NCBI RefSeq assembly: GCF_006345805.1
Contig: NC_043000.1
Span: 29,698,001-29,762,000, forward strand
Source of the DNA: Octopus sinensis
Taxonomy: Eukaryota
Reading direction: 5' to 3'
DNA length: 64,000 nt
Of this stretch, positions 53,096 to 64,000 are shown piece by piece. The notes under the pieces are model-generated. The model did no database searches and was not told where the DNA came from. It saw nothing but the letters and a program-made list of their open reading frames with translations. Made by a program: the position numbers and the translations under genes. Position 1 is the stretch's first letter; each line of letters starts with the position of its first letter.

Positions 53096-53721
53096 GACAC
53101 TAATATTAACAATGTTAGTCAAGTGACAATTTTTACGGTTGCGTGCGTTCAATTATGAAACGGTGTTTATCATCGCCGTCACCTCAAGATCTCAAGATCT
53201 AGCACTTCCAGTATTGTTATTACCATCGGTATCATCACCCCTCCCACCCCCACAACCAACAACACCACTGTGCAGCACCCACCAGCAGCAGCAGCAGCAG
53301 CAGCAGTGACAGCAACGAAAGCGCCATTACCAACATCACTACCACCATCACCACAACCGTACTGAGAAAACCGTACACGACCCATAATACACCACCAACA
53401 CCACTGCCACGTGCACCACTGCCAAAAATCATCACAACCACCAGCACCACCACCACCACCATCTCTCCTATCGCAATTTCTAACTTGAAATAGTAATTCT
53501 GTGATTGTTAACCAGTCTTAAACCATCACCACCACCACCACCACCATCAGCACTACCATTACCGTTCTTAAAGAAAACAATAAACATAAAATTTTAAAAC
53601 TGCTTCGCGTATTATCAGATCGAATGCAGGTCGTTCAACTGCTTTGTTATAGCTCTCACGCAATCAATGAATCGCGATAAAACAGCTCTTAAGATAACAA
53701 CGGGAGAACAACAACAGCGTC

Positions 53722-53749
<28 letters not shown>

Positions 53750-53760
<11 letters not shown>

Positions 53761-54013
53761 TAGGGGAAACCAATAGGTGGACACCCTTATGCTAGAAATA
53801 GATCCGCTATGGTCTTACCACTACGAAATGTTCTCAAGAAACGTAATCGAGCGAGACAAAAGAAAAAAGCGCTTTTTTCTTTTGCCTTGCTCGATTACGT
53901 TTTGGTTGTTTTGTTGAATTTTTCCTGAGAACATTTCTTAGTGGTAAGACCAAAGCGGATCTATTTCTAGCATAAGGGTGTCCACATAGTGGTTTCCCAC
54001 TAATATGTATATA
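53750..54013. repeat. Compound fold-back element: ~90 bp outer arms enclosing a ~30 bp inner hairpin
   Basis: 53750-53840 is the reverse complement of 53921-54013 with few mismatches. Inner ACGTAATCGAGC..AAAAGAAAAAAGC|GCTTTTTTCTTTT..GCTCGATTACGT at 53841-53900. Confidence 0.9.
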
Positions 54014-54119
54014 ATACAATTTTACTGAACCTTCAGTTTTTTATATGTTAGACCACTAGTGTGAAATCGATGTTAATTAAATTAATATCTAATTTCTCAC
54101 CTTCATTTTAAATTTATAC

Positions 54120-54164
<45 letters not shown>

Positions 54165-54195
54165 AATACGTGTGTGTATTATATATGTATATATG

Positions 54196-54327
54196 ATTAT
54201 CAATAAGGGTATCTAAGTGATACCCCCATGCTTGAAATAGCAGTCAAGACTTGACTCTAAAACTATAGTCAGGTTTTGACTGCTATTTCAAGCATGGTGG
54301 CATCTCTTAGATACCCTTATTGATAAT
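54196..54327. repeat. Fold-back hairpin, ~61 bp arms, 10 nt loop
   Basis: ATTATCAATAAGGGTATCTAAG...GACT at 54196-54256 versus its reverse complement at 54267-54327. Confidence 0.9.
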
Positions 54328-54821
54328 TTTAATAATTGTTATAACCTATAAGTTTTTCCTTCACATGGTGCCATTTGATATGATTTGCTATTATATATAT
54401 ATATCGCTATATAATATATATATAGATATATATATATATTATATTATATGTATGTATTATATTGTGTGTGTATGTATGTATATAGAAATAGATAGATAGA
54501 TAGATTGATACTATAAGTGTATGTATATATGAGTGTACACATACACACACATTCACACATATATATATATATATATACACATATGTGTGTGTGTGTATTT
54601 ATATAATGATTTTAACCCGTAATCGTTAATCCGACTGAATATTTATGTTTCACCGATAAGTGCTATGTGAAACAATAATATTTGCTTGTTTGGATTAACG
54701 ATTATGAATTAAATATTATTCATTCTCAGACTTATCCTGAGTCCCTTATAATAAGTGTCCAGACTAACTTGTTTTCGAACTTGTCACTCCCCTGGAGCAA
54801 TATATATATAATAATAATAAT

Positions 54822-54871
<50 letters not shown>

Positions 54872-55232
54872 TGTATATATGTATATACATATGCATTATG
54901 GGTACAGGACGTCACCAAACAGTAGTAAACGACATGAAATACAAAAACGAAAACATATGAGTTCAATACGCAAACAACGAGAGAAACAAATGGGAAACAG
55001 GATAGATACCATAAAGAAAGACACTCCATTACTTGTCAGCTGTCTATCTAATCCTCATTATATATATATGTATATATATAGGAAAAAAGCAGCAAGAATT
55101 GTTGATTTTTTCCTATTTCTAAACACCCCACTTGTCGTATGGTTAACACCATATATAGATTTCCGGTGCATCCTAGTTAGGACCATATTCATGTGAATTC
55201 TTTAGAATTCACTTGAATCTCAATTACTTACC

Positions 55233-55234
<2 letters not shown>

Positions 55235-55276
<42 letters not shown>

Positions 55277-55313
55277 TATATATATATTATATATATATAT
55301 ATGTATGTATATG

Positions 55314-55347
<34 letters not shown>

Positions 55348-55348
55348 G

Positions 55349-55386
<38 letters not shown>

Positions 55387-55460
55387 TGTATATATATATA
55401 ATATAGATATATATATATTATATATATATGTATGTATATATAAGATATAATATATATATT
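55235..55460. repeat. (TA)n-rich microsatellite
   Basis: Direct reading. Confidence 0.95.
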
Positions 55461-55956
55461 TAACACCGTTCCATATTAAGTAGGTTAAAGTGTCTTCCAT
55501 CCAGTGAGGGACAAATATCATTTAATACACAACGTCGATTAGCTCGACTAAAGACGGTGCTCCAGCATGGCCGTAGTCAAATGAGTGAAGCAAGTAAAAG
55601 AGTAGAAGAATATCGTATTAAAACAGGCGCTACTGAGAGTTTCTTGCCAAGGAGACACGTGGTGAGGCAGATTTTTATAACGTGGTTTAGAATGCTGGTA
55701 TATGAGAAACTGCGAGAAAAAAACGATAAGAATATTGATGCCATAAATGGAATGAGAAGACAAAGGGTGAATAAAAACGGAAAAATAAAGGAAAAAAATT
55801 AAATTTACATCTCCCTTGACTGTAGAAGTCATAATTAAGGTAACTGGTGTAGAATAAATATTTTCTAAAAAGGGAACAGTAATACATTCTCCTTCTTGTA
55901 AATGTGACTAAACTAATCTAATCAATAAACATTGTAAAAGAATAAATTCTTTGCAG

Positions 55957-56050
55957 TGTGGATGGAAGTAAACGCGATCGAGCAGTGCAGACAATAACAG
56001 ATGATGTGGAGCAAGATTTAATTTCTAAGCTAGCTGAGAGACTAATGTAG
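55957..56050 (+). CDS. Candidate terminal coding exon of an unidentified gene
   Basis: Branch-like CTAATC upstream, acceptor TTCTTTGCAG|55957, phase-2 frame VDGSKRDRAVQTITDDVEQDLISKLAERLM* (stop 56048-50) in non-repeat sequence. No upstream exon could be linked. Confidence 0.3.
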
Positions 56051-56319
56051 TCTCCTAACAAAGTTGAAGTCATTCCCATCACTTAAACCATTAATGACCT
56101 TTGTAAAGGCATGGACAATGAAACATGCCAGTGTTCCCCAACCGAACAAGTATAAAGCCTTTCGTGGTCAGATCAATATTTGAGCATAGCAGTATTTTTC
56201 TAAATGTATATATCGAATTTTTGCCTGGCACAAATAATAGATTGTATTGTTGCACAACCCAAAACACTTTGACTGAGAGGGATAATCGATTGAAGCAGCC
56301 CAATTACATTCTATATACT

Positions 56320-56355
<36 letters not shown>

Positions 56356-56650
56356 TAGAGCTGAGAGGAACAAAAGACTCGGTCAGCTCCGACAGACTGT
56401 AAACTCTGAATGTAAGTGATTGTAACCAAACGCCAACATATATTTTGCTCACTGTCCAGTGAATGTATTTGATATATCCAGCACATTCCGGCATCATCAG
56501 TAAGAATTTTATTTAAATATTAGAGTTTCAAGAAAGTCGGGAGAAATCCTTCGATTACCGGACGAAATGCTTAGCGGCATTTTGGTTATTTTTATGTTCT
56601 GGGTTAAAATTCCTTCGAGGTCAGCCTTGCCTTCCATCCTTATGAGATTT

Positions 56651-56689
<39 letters not shown>

Positions 56690-56859
56690 GAGGGGTGTAC
56701 GAAATGATTTAAGCCTTCAAGGCTTTTCAGCCTTGAAGTTTTGTACATTCATCAGAAGTCATTTACCATGTTTTTTTTTGTTTTTTTTTTGAGGTTCAAG
56801 TCGTTTCATAAACCACTCGTATAACCTGAATTTACACACCATGAACAAGAAGCCTCTTT

Positions 56860-57131
56860 ACCTATTATTCTACACAGCTCATTCCTCGGATAACGAAACA
56901 GTAACTTTACATCCAGCATATATTTTTATTTTCATGTTTTCCTTTATACTATCTCTATCTCTCTCCGAAATAATTTCTTATATATTGAACGCTACTACTT
57001 CTTTCTATCGAAAAAATCTTAACCCCTCTCTGATGATGGAATGTCATTTATCTCCCTGAAACAACTGTAAGGCCACTTTTTTCTTTATAAATGTCCTACA
57101 AACATCACATTGCCTTGGCCTTGTTATCTCA

Positions 57132-57133
<2 letters not shown>
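56860..57133 (+). mobile_element. Penelope-like 3' fragment with hammerhead-like motif, ending at (TA)n
   Basis: TCT-CTGATGA(57030-36)-...-GAAA(57058-61)-CAACTG-TA-AGG; 3' end GCCTTGGCCTTGTTATCTC. Confidence 0.55.
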
Positions 57134-57180
<47 letters not shown>

Positions 57181-57182
<2 letters not shown>

Positions 57183-57480
57183 TGCAAAAGAGATAACAAA
57201 GACAAGGCTGTGAGGAGTTTTCAGGACAGTTATAAGGAAAGAGATATAGATATGTTCCTACAGCTTTTTCTGAGATATTATGGATATACCTTCATCAGAG
57301 TTGATTAAATAGAGGTAAATGTTTGAGTTCGAAATAAGGAATTATTGTGAAAAAGGAAGAGATAGGGAATATAGAGGAAAATAAGAGAATGAAAGTAGAA
57401 ATAAGATATAAAACATTCTAGTTGCAGTTCCATTATTCGAGTAAAGTGGCGTACAGAAGTAGTACAAAAAGTTTACTGTA
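57181..57480 (-). mobile_element. Related Penelope-like 3' fragment, tail-to-tail across the same (TA)n
   Basis: Minus strand CTGATGA-A-GGTATAT...ATATCTCA-GAAA-AAGCTG-TA (57254-57302); 3' end CACAGCCTTGTCTTTGTTATCTC. Confidence 0.55.
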
Positions 57481-58489
57481 TATAGTATACAGTATAGGCT
57501 AGTGTAGAAAACACTTGCCCTATGTGTTCACAGTGAAACTGAAACGGGAATTATGTTGGGTGCAAAGCAAGCGTTTTAAACATATAGCCATTTTTATTTT
57601 CTACTTTGAAATAACTTTGGGATTCATTTTTCTCTACGTTCTCAACAGTGATGCATGCAGCAACACCAGACATATTCTGGTGTCGTCGTTTATTATAAAT
57701 CTCTTTGAATCCCAACGCGTTGTTTGTTTCTTGGTCGGAGTGATGAAGTATACATGTATATATATGAGGAATAACTCAGAACTGGGATAGTAATGTCACT
57801 GTGCTTCTTATGAAATCTTTGCTGTTTATCGAGGCGATGTGGCGTAAGATGTCTGTCTGTATGTATATAGATTGTCCACTCCCATTACATAAGCAATATT
57901 CGTAAGAAATGGATATTAAGAAAAGAACTTATTCCTGTAAATGAATTACGTGTCTCGAAAATGGAAGGCTAGCCATTGGGATGGAGTTATGGAACTGTGA
58001 AACTCTTATGAAAGATATTTGGGGAAAAGAAATTTATAGAATCCATTGAAAAAAATTAATATATAAATCAATACTATAAACAAATACATATACACACTGA
58101 CACAAACTTCCACACACATATAAACACACACATGGATAATAAGTTGAAGCGCTACTGTCTGTAGATACATGTAAAAGTGAATGTTCTACATATGATGGAA
58201 AATATAGGTTTATTTAATTTTTTCGATCTGCAAGTACACTTTAGCCGGTGTCATTTCATTTGAATGTATCCCCGGAAGACTCCAAATATAAATAAATGAA
58301 TAAACAAAATAAACAGGCCACCACAATGTTTTCAGCCGTAACCAGAAATCAGTGGAGTCGTCAAACGAAAATGCCCGCGTTATAGCATTCTCATCGATTT
58401 AAGGGGTTCAACAGCAATATAATTCTCGTCTTTGCCTGACGATCGGTGCCTTGTGAAAGTCTTGTTACAAGAGAGGAATTCACACACAC

Positions 58490-58532
<43 letters not shown>

Positions 58533-58569
58533 ACATACACACATATAGATAGATACATTCTCTTTCTGT

Positions 58570-58712
58570 TTATATCTACGGGCTCCTTTCTGTTGAAGAG
58601 CGTAGGCTCGAAACGTAAAAGACTTTCTCACCTTTCCGAGCGTCAAACTAATACATCTGCTTGTTGTTTATACGCCTGTCTTCGTCGGTTATTTTCCCGT
58701 AAATTTCAGCTA
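58570..58712 (+). mobile_element. Penelope-like 3' fragment with minimal hammerhead-like motif
   Basis: CTTT(58586)-CTGTTGA-A-GAGC-GTAG-GCTC-GAAA-CG-TA-AAAG(58621), identical to 15888-15923; ends at a GATA/TA tract. Confidence 0.6.
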
Positions 58713-58757
58713 GATGGATACATAGATTGATAGATAGATATATATATATATGTATGT

Positions 58758-58802
<45 letters not shown>

Positions 58803-59491
58803 GAGATATGCGTGTGTGTGTGTGTGTGTGTGTGAGACCGAGAAATTCTCTCATAGACCAGCGCGTCGAACAAAATAAGTATTAGAAACATGCTGGCTAA
58901 TGTGCATAGTTGTCCCTTTTTGCTTCAGTCTTAGATGCGAACAAACCGAGGAATGAGACGCCGAAATCCATCTCTGACTCACGATGCCATTGTTCACCAA
59001 ATGCATGATACAATAATAGAGAAGTGGGTCGTCCGAAATCGAAACCGTATTGCATCTTTACTAGCGTGGGACGTGCACCTAACTGTCATGTGATCAATTC
59101 TATCAAACTGTTGGTTGTTGGCGGAATGATCTGCTCAGCAACACACACGAAGCACCTACTACAGGTTTTAACAGATGAAATGGTTTTTCAATGTAGTGTC
59201 CACTCGTCCGTAACTTAGCTTTTTGCATACAAAGACAGGTAGAAAGAGAGAGAGAAAGAGAAAGGAAGGTTGGTATATGTCAATATGTGTGTTTGTATGC
59301 ATGTGTGCATTTGGATATGTGAATATATAATGTGTGTGTACGCATGCGTTTGTGTGTATATGTGTGTTCCTATGTGTGTGTGTGTGCACCTGTATAACGC
59401 GTATATTTCGTTTTAGTTATTGCTTATATTTTCATAGTTATTGATTTATGTAGGCAAAATCAATAATACTACATACTACATAAGGTATGCA

Positions 59492-59529
<38 letters not shown>

Positions 59530-59539
59530 TATTGGTGGC

Positions 59540-59907
59540 ACACCGTCGGTTGCGACGACGCAGGTTCCAGTTGATCCTATCAACGGAACAGCCTGCTTGG
59601 GAAATTAACATGCAAGTGGCTGAGCACTCCACAGGCACATGTACCCTTAATGTATTTCTCATGGAGATTCGGCGTGATACAGAGTGTGACATGGCTGGCT
59701 CCTTTGAAATACAGGTACAACAGAAACAGGAAAAAAGAGTGAGGGAAAGTAAAGTTGTGGTGAACGAGTACAGCAGGTTTCACCCCCCCCCCTGCCGAAG
59801 CCTCGTGGAGCTTCAGGTGTTTTTGCTCAATAAATACTCACAACGCCCGGTCTGGGAATCGAAACCGCGACCCTAAGACCGCGGGTTTGCTGCCCTAACC
59901 ACCTCCA
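59540..59907 (-). mobile_element. SINE, family 2
   Basis: Matches 3900-4227 and 7150-7357. Confidence 0.9.
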
Positions 59908-60194
59908 CACACACACACGCACACACACACATATATATATATAAATGCATACGCATACACAAATACATATATATACATATAAATATATATACATGCATAC
60001 ATATACATATACTCATGCATATATGCATCCACACACATGTGCGTAGCTTTTCATGTATGCATCTATTATGTATGTGTATTTGTATGTATGTACGTATATA
60101 TGTGTGTATACATACTTGCATACACACTGATAGAGAGCGAGGGAAGCTCGCTCTGCTAGAAATAGCAGCCAAATTTCCCTCGTCCGACTTCTGT

Positions 60195-60325
60195 AAGAAG
60201 AAGAAGAAAAGAAGAAGAAGAAGAAGAAGAAGAAGAAGAAGAAGAAGAAGAAGAAGAAGAAGAAGAAGAAGAAGAAGAAGAAGAAGAAGAAGAAGAAGAA
60301 GAAGAAGAAGAAGAAGAAGAAGAAG
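60195..60325. repeat. (GAA)n microsatellite, about 43 units
   Basis: Direct reading. Confidence 0.97.
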
Positions 60326-60926
60326 ACAAACAACAACACAACAACAGCAAATTCGATGACGTTGCGCCTTAGATGCATGAAAAAAAGTAAGGAGGGCTTA
60401 TGGTGGAAATGACTTCGAGTATAGAACGCTTTAAATAATGTTGCCATGAGCGCTACGTAACATCAACAACAACAACAACAAAAACACCAACAAGGCTAAC
60501 ACAAACACGTTTGTGAGATTTTTACTTGCCTCGTGTCCCATCAACGCCATCAAATGTCCTCCGCTAATCACCTTCATATATTTGGGGGCCTTACCCTAAA
60601 AATTAAATCCCACACTTCACACGGCAGTAAAACTTATCCAACAGTCTTTCAGAATGTCCTACTCGTATGTAGGTAACCGAGAATTAGATCCGATATTTAT
60701 AGATAGATTTTTCGCTCCAATATATCTGTATCTGTTACGTAATTGTGTTATTCATTTATATATTTACATGTGATTATATTTACATAATTACATAATCGTG
60801 ATATTTACAAAACAGCATTTGGCATATTCAACGTGTAAAATATATTCATGTATTATTGTTGGGGGTCATTGTGTATTTTCAGGGAACAAACGTCGATTTA
60901 CCGTGTGTAATATATATTGGGTTGTC

Positions 60927-61290
60927 AAGGCGGTGAGCTGGCAGAGACGTTAGCACGCCGGGCGAAATGCTTAGCAGTATTTCGTCTGCCTTTACGTTCT
61001 GAGTTCAAATTCCGCCGATGTCGACTTTGCCTTTCATCCTACCGAGGTCGATAAATTAAGTACCAGTTACGCGGTGAGATCGATGTAATTGACTTAATCC
61101 GTTTGTCTATCCTTGTTTGTCTCTTCTATGTTTAGCTCCTTGTGGGCTATAAAGAAATAAGAAACGTTAGCACGCCGGGCGAAATGCTTAGCGTTATTTC
61201 GTTTGTCTTTACATTCTGAGTTCAAATTTCATCCTTTCGGGATTGATAGATTAAGTACCAGTTGTGTACTGGGGGCGGTCTAATCGACTG
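60927..61290 (+). mobile_element. SINE, family 1, with a partial second head
   Basis: AAGGCGGTGAGCTGGCAGAGACGTTAGCACGCCGGGCG; AACGTTAGCACGCCGGGCG repeats at ~61163. Confidence 0.9.
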
Positions 61291-61486
61291 GCTTAGAGTA
61301 GAACAGACTATATACGTTATAATTTAGAACAGATAGTAAAAGGTTGTATTTATAGCACTATATTTTCTAAATTATGATATATATAAGTAATTCTCAATTT
61401 CTCTCATATTGAGGTATCATTCTTTTGTTGTTATATTTTACTATATATGTGTGTGTGTGTGGTGTGTGTGTGAGTGTGTGTGTGTA

Positions 61487-61712
61487 TCACGTGATCAATC
61501 TGGCTATCGGATGATCACAACGCTTGATGCTACCCGCTGGGTGGGTGAGCTGGCCAGCATTTCCCAGCCCCTGATCGGAAGGCTAGGCTGTTGTAGGATT
61601 ATCCGTTTACAGCTGAATGGACTAAAGCAACACGGTGCGGCGCTCGGTCGAGGAATCGAACTCTAAAGGTTGCGATCATGAGCGCAACATGCGTAGCCAC
61701 TAGGCCACCCGC
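61487..61712 (-). mobile_element. SINE, family 2 relic with alternative tail
   Basis: Head is the reverse complement of GGGTGGCCTAGTGGCTACGC; tail is shared with 29142. Confidence 0.7.
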
Positions 61713-61902
61713 TTTCACATACTTATACACATGAATATATATATATATATATATATTATTACAAATTTGGGATTTTACCAATAGAACTGCAATTCCTAGT
61801 TCAGGATAACCTCATGATATTCTATACACAGAGAAAGTCACACCCAATATAATAATTAAAGCGGTTAAAATAACTTACTATAAAAATTGGTTGAAAGCTG
61901 GT

Positions 61903-61949
<47 letters not shown>

Positions 61950-62334
61950 GTATATGCGTGTGTGTAAAATCTCAGTAACGTGTGCGTATTTCCATAATGG
62001 TGTAGTGTGATCAAGAATATTTTTCAGGCGTGCCTTTATGAAAATATAAGATATTAAATAGAGAAATTTTCTCTGTTATTTCTCTCCTCTTCCCACACAC
62101 TTATTCCAAGTTATTCCAAGTTATTCCAATGTTATTCCACGTGTATGTCTGAGTTGATGTTAATGAAACGCCGACGAATAGAAAAGTTTGTATTTACCCT
62201 CGTTAAAATACTGAAGACTGCTGTTTTTCTTCGCTTTCATCATGCAATTACAGCCTGGCTAATAATTGATTGTAATCACACAGCTTACTACCTATGCCGA
62301 GCATCAATTCACATCTACAGCTTTATAAGCATGT

Positions 62335-62375
62335 GCCCGTACATACATACATACATACATACATACATACATACA

Positions 62376-62408
<33 letters not shown>

Positions 62409-62466
62409 GTATGTGTGTATGTATATATATATATATATGTGTGTGTGTGTATTTATTTATCATTAC

Positions 62467-62508
<42 letters not shown>

Positions 62509-62918
62509 CAATATCAATCTATCTATCTATCTATCTATGTATACAAATATTCATATAAACTTACATACATACATGCATCCATACATATATACATTCATTC
62601 ACAAACACGCATATATATGTATGCATGCATGTATGTATATATATATATCTATTTAATTATCTATATCTATCTATCTATATTTCTTTCAATCTATCTATCT
62701 ATCTATCTATCTACATATCAACTTACATACACACATATAAACTTACATACACACATACATCCATACATATATACATTCATACACAAACACACATATGTAT
62801 GTATGTATGAATGTATGTATATGTATATTTATTTATCTCTATCTATCTATCTATCTATCTATCTATCAATCTATCTATCTATCTATCTATCTGTCTGTCT
62901 GTCTGTCTATCTATCTTC

Positions 62919-62986
<68 letters not shown>

Positions 62987-62990
62987 GTGT
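62335..62990. repeat. (CATA)n/(CT)n/(TATC)n compound microsatellite with a ~175 bp internal duplication
   Basis: CATATAAACTTACATAC...CATCCATACATATATACATTCAT occurs at ~62552 and ~62734. Confidence 0.9.
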
Positions 62991-63407
62991 GTGTATGTGT
63001 GCGCGCGTGAAAACAAAACGTGCAGAGCTCTTTTAAATCAACAATGAATGCTAAGTAAGAAGCAACCTTAATTTTATATGGATTAATGAGGATTTACGAC
63101 GGATTATTTCAAAATAAACTAAGTATGTCAAAAGATTATTAAATATATGAATGGGAAAGCTTATTACTTAAAGAACTAATTAACAAAAGTTAAAAGGACA
63201 ACAATTAATTATTCGAAATTCATAAAAAAGAGTCAAAGGTGAAATTAGTTGCTGTGTATTAAATCAAATCTTAATGAAGCCAATTAAAGCTAAATTTGGA
63301 GGTGAATAATTACAAAAAAAAAAGGAAGAAACCAAAAAAAAAAAACAATAAATAAATGCCGAAAGCAGTTTGGGATGAAATAGTAGTGTTATCCCTAATG
63401 TCTGCTC

Positions 63408-63908
63408 CTTTTCTAGTCCAGGTACATGGCACGAAATTTTGGGGGAGGGACCATTTGATTAGATCGACCCCAGTACACAACTGGTACTTCATCTATCAAC
63501 TCCGAAAGTATGAAAGGCAAAGTCGACCTCGGCGGAATTTGAACTCAGAACGTAAAGACAGACAAAATACCTATTTCTTTACTACCCACAAGGGGCTAAA
63601 CACAGAGGGAACAAACAAGGACAGACAAACGGATTAAGTCGATTACATCGAACCCAGTGCGTAACTGGTCCTTAACTTGTCGACCCTGAAAGGATGAAAG
63701 GCAAAGTCAACATCGGCGGAATTTGAACTCAGTATGTAGCGGCAGACGAAATACCTATTTCTTTATTACTCACCAGAGGCTAAACACAGAGGGGACAAAC
63801 AAGGACAGACAAAAGTATTAAGTCGATTACATCGACCCCAGTGCGTAACTGGTACTTCATTTATCGACCCTGAAAGGATGAAAGGCAAAGTCGACCTCAG
63901 CGGAATTT
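63408..63908 (-). mobile_element. SINE family 1 with three tandem internal modules
   Basis: ATGAAAGGCAAAGTC.AC.TCGGCGGAATTTG at ~63510, ~63696 and ~63878. Confidence 0.9.
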
Positions 63909-64000
63909 GTATAAGTACTGCGGTCGATTCGAGGTGATGCCTCAGTATGGCCGCATTCGAAAGACTGAAATATGGAAAAAGATAATCCTAGGTAATAAAT

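Noticed and set aside
53175-53465. Thr/His/Gln-rich ORF-like stretch
   Set aside because: Degenerate (CAC/CAG/ACC)n low-complexity tract without splice signals or a start context.
58935-59200. Short ORFs on both strands after a pyrimidine-rich acceptor
   Set aside because: About 53-64 aa in several competing frames, no recognisable motif, no donor partner.
62407-63036. Long ORFs such as 62407-63036, 41102-41722, 5781-6362 and 52532-53050
   Set aside because: They are open only because they run through stop-free microsatellites (YLSI, SL, I, R repeats); not genes.

Overview
AT-rich, repeat-dominated eukaryotic DNA with no intact protein-coding gene that I can support. The very dense (TA)n/(CA)n/(GA)n/(GATA)n/(AAT)n microsatellites and three tRNA-headed SINE families suggest a coleoid cephalopod (Octopus-like) genome; this is an inference. 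Main contents: (1) dozens of SINE copies, several with target-site duplications (TSDs); (2) a deleted DD34D mariner, a pogo/Tigger-type MITE, a head-to-tail Helitron dimer, a Helentron-type (HINE) element, and R4/Dong-type LINE 3' ends sitting in (AAT)n; (3) two related 540-590 bp tandem arrays bounded by (TA)n. The 587 bp array contains a complete type I hammerhead ribozyme (11852-11954). The 540 bp array has a degenerate version and a 5' inverted segment. Several dispersed elements with degenerate hammerheads end at (TA)n tracts. Together these look like a Penelope-like/retrozyme system; (4) long fold-back hairpins sharing a motif with those arrays; (5) at least seven decayed, partly inter-related fragments carrying motifs of nicotinic-acetylcholine-receptor-like (Cys-loop) subunits, possibly a pseudogene field of the atypical nAChR/chemotactile-receptor type (moderate confidence). 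Most ORFs in the supplied track are microsatellite or SINE artefacts. All alignments and folds were done by eye; boundaries are approximate unless a TSD or TIR is given.
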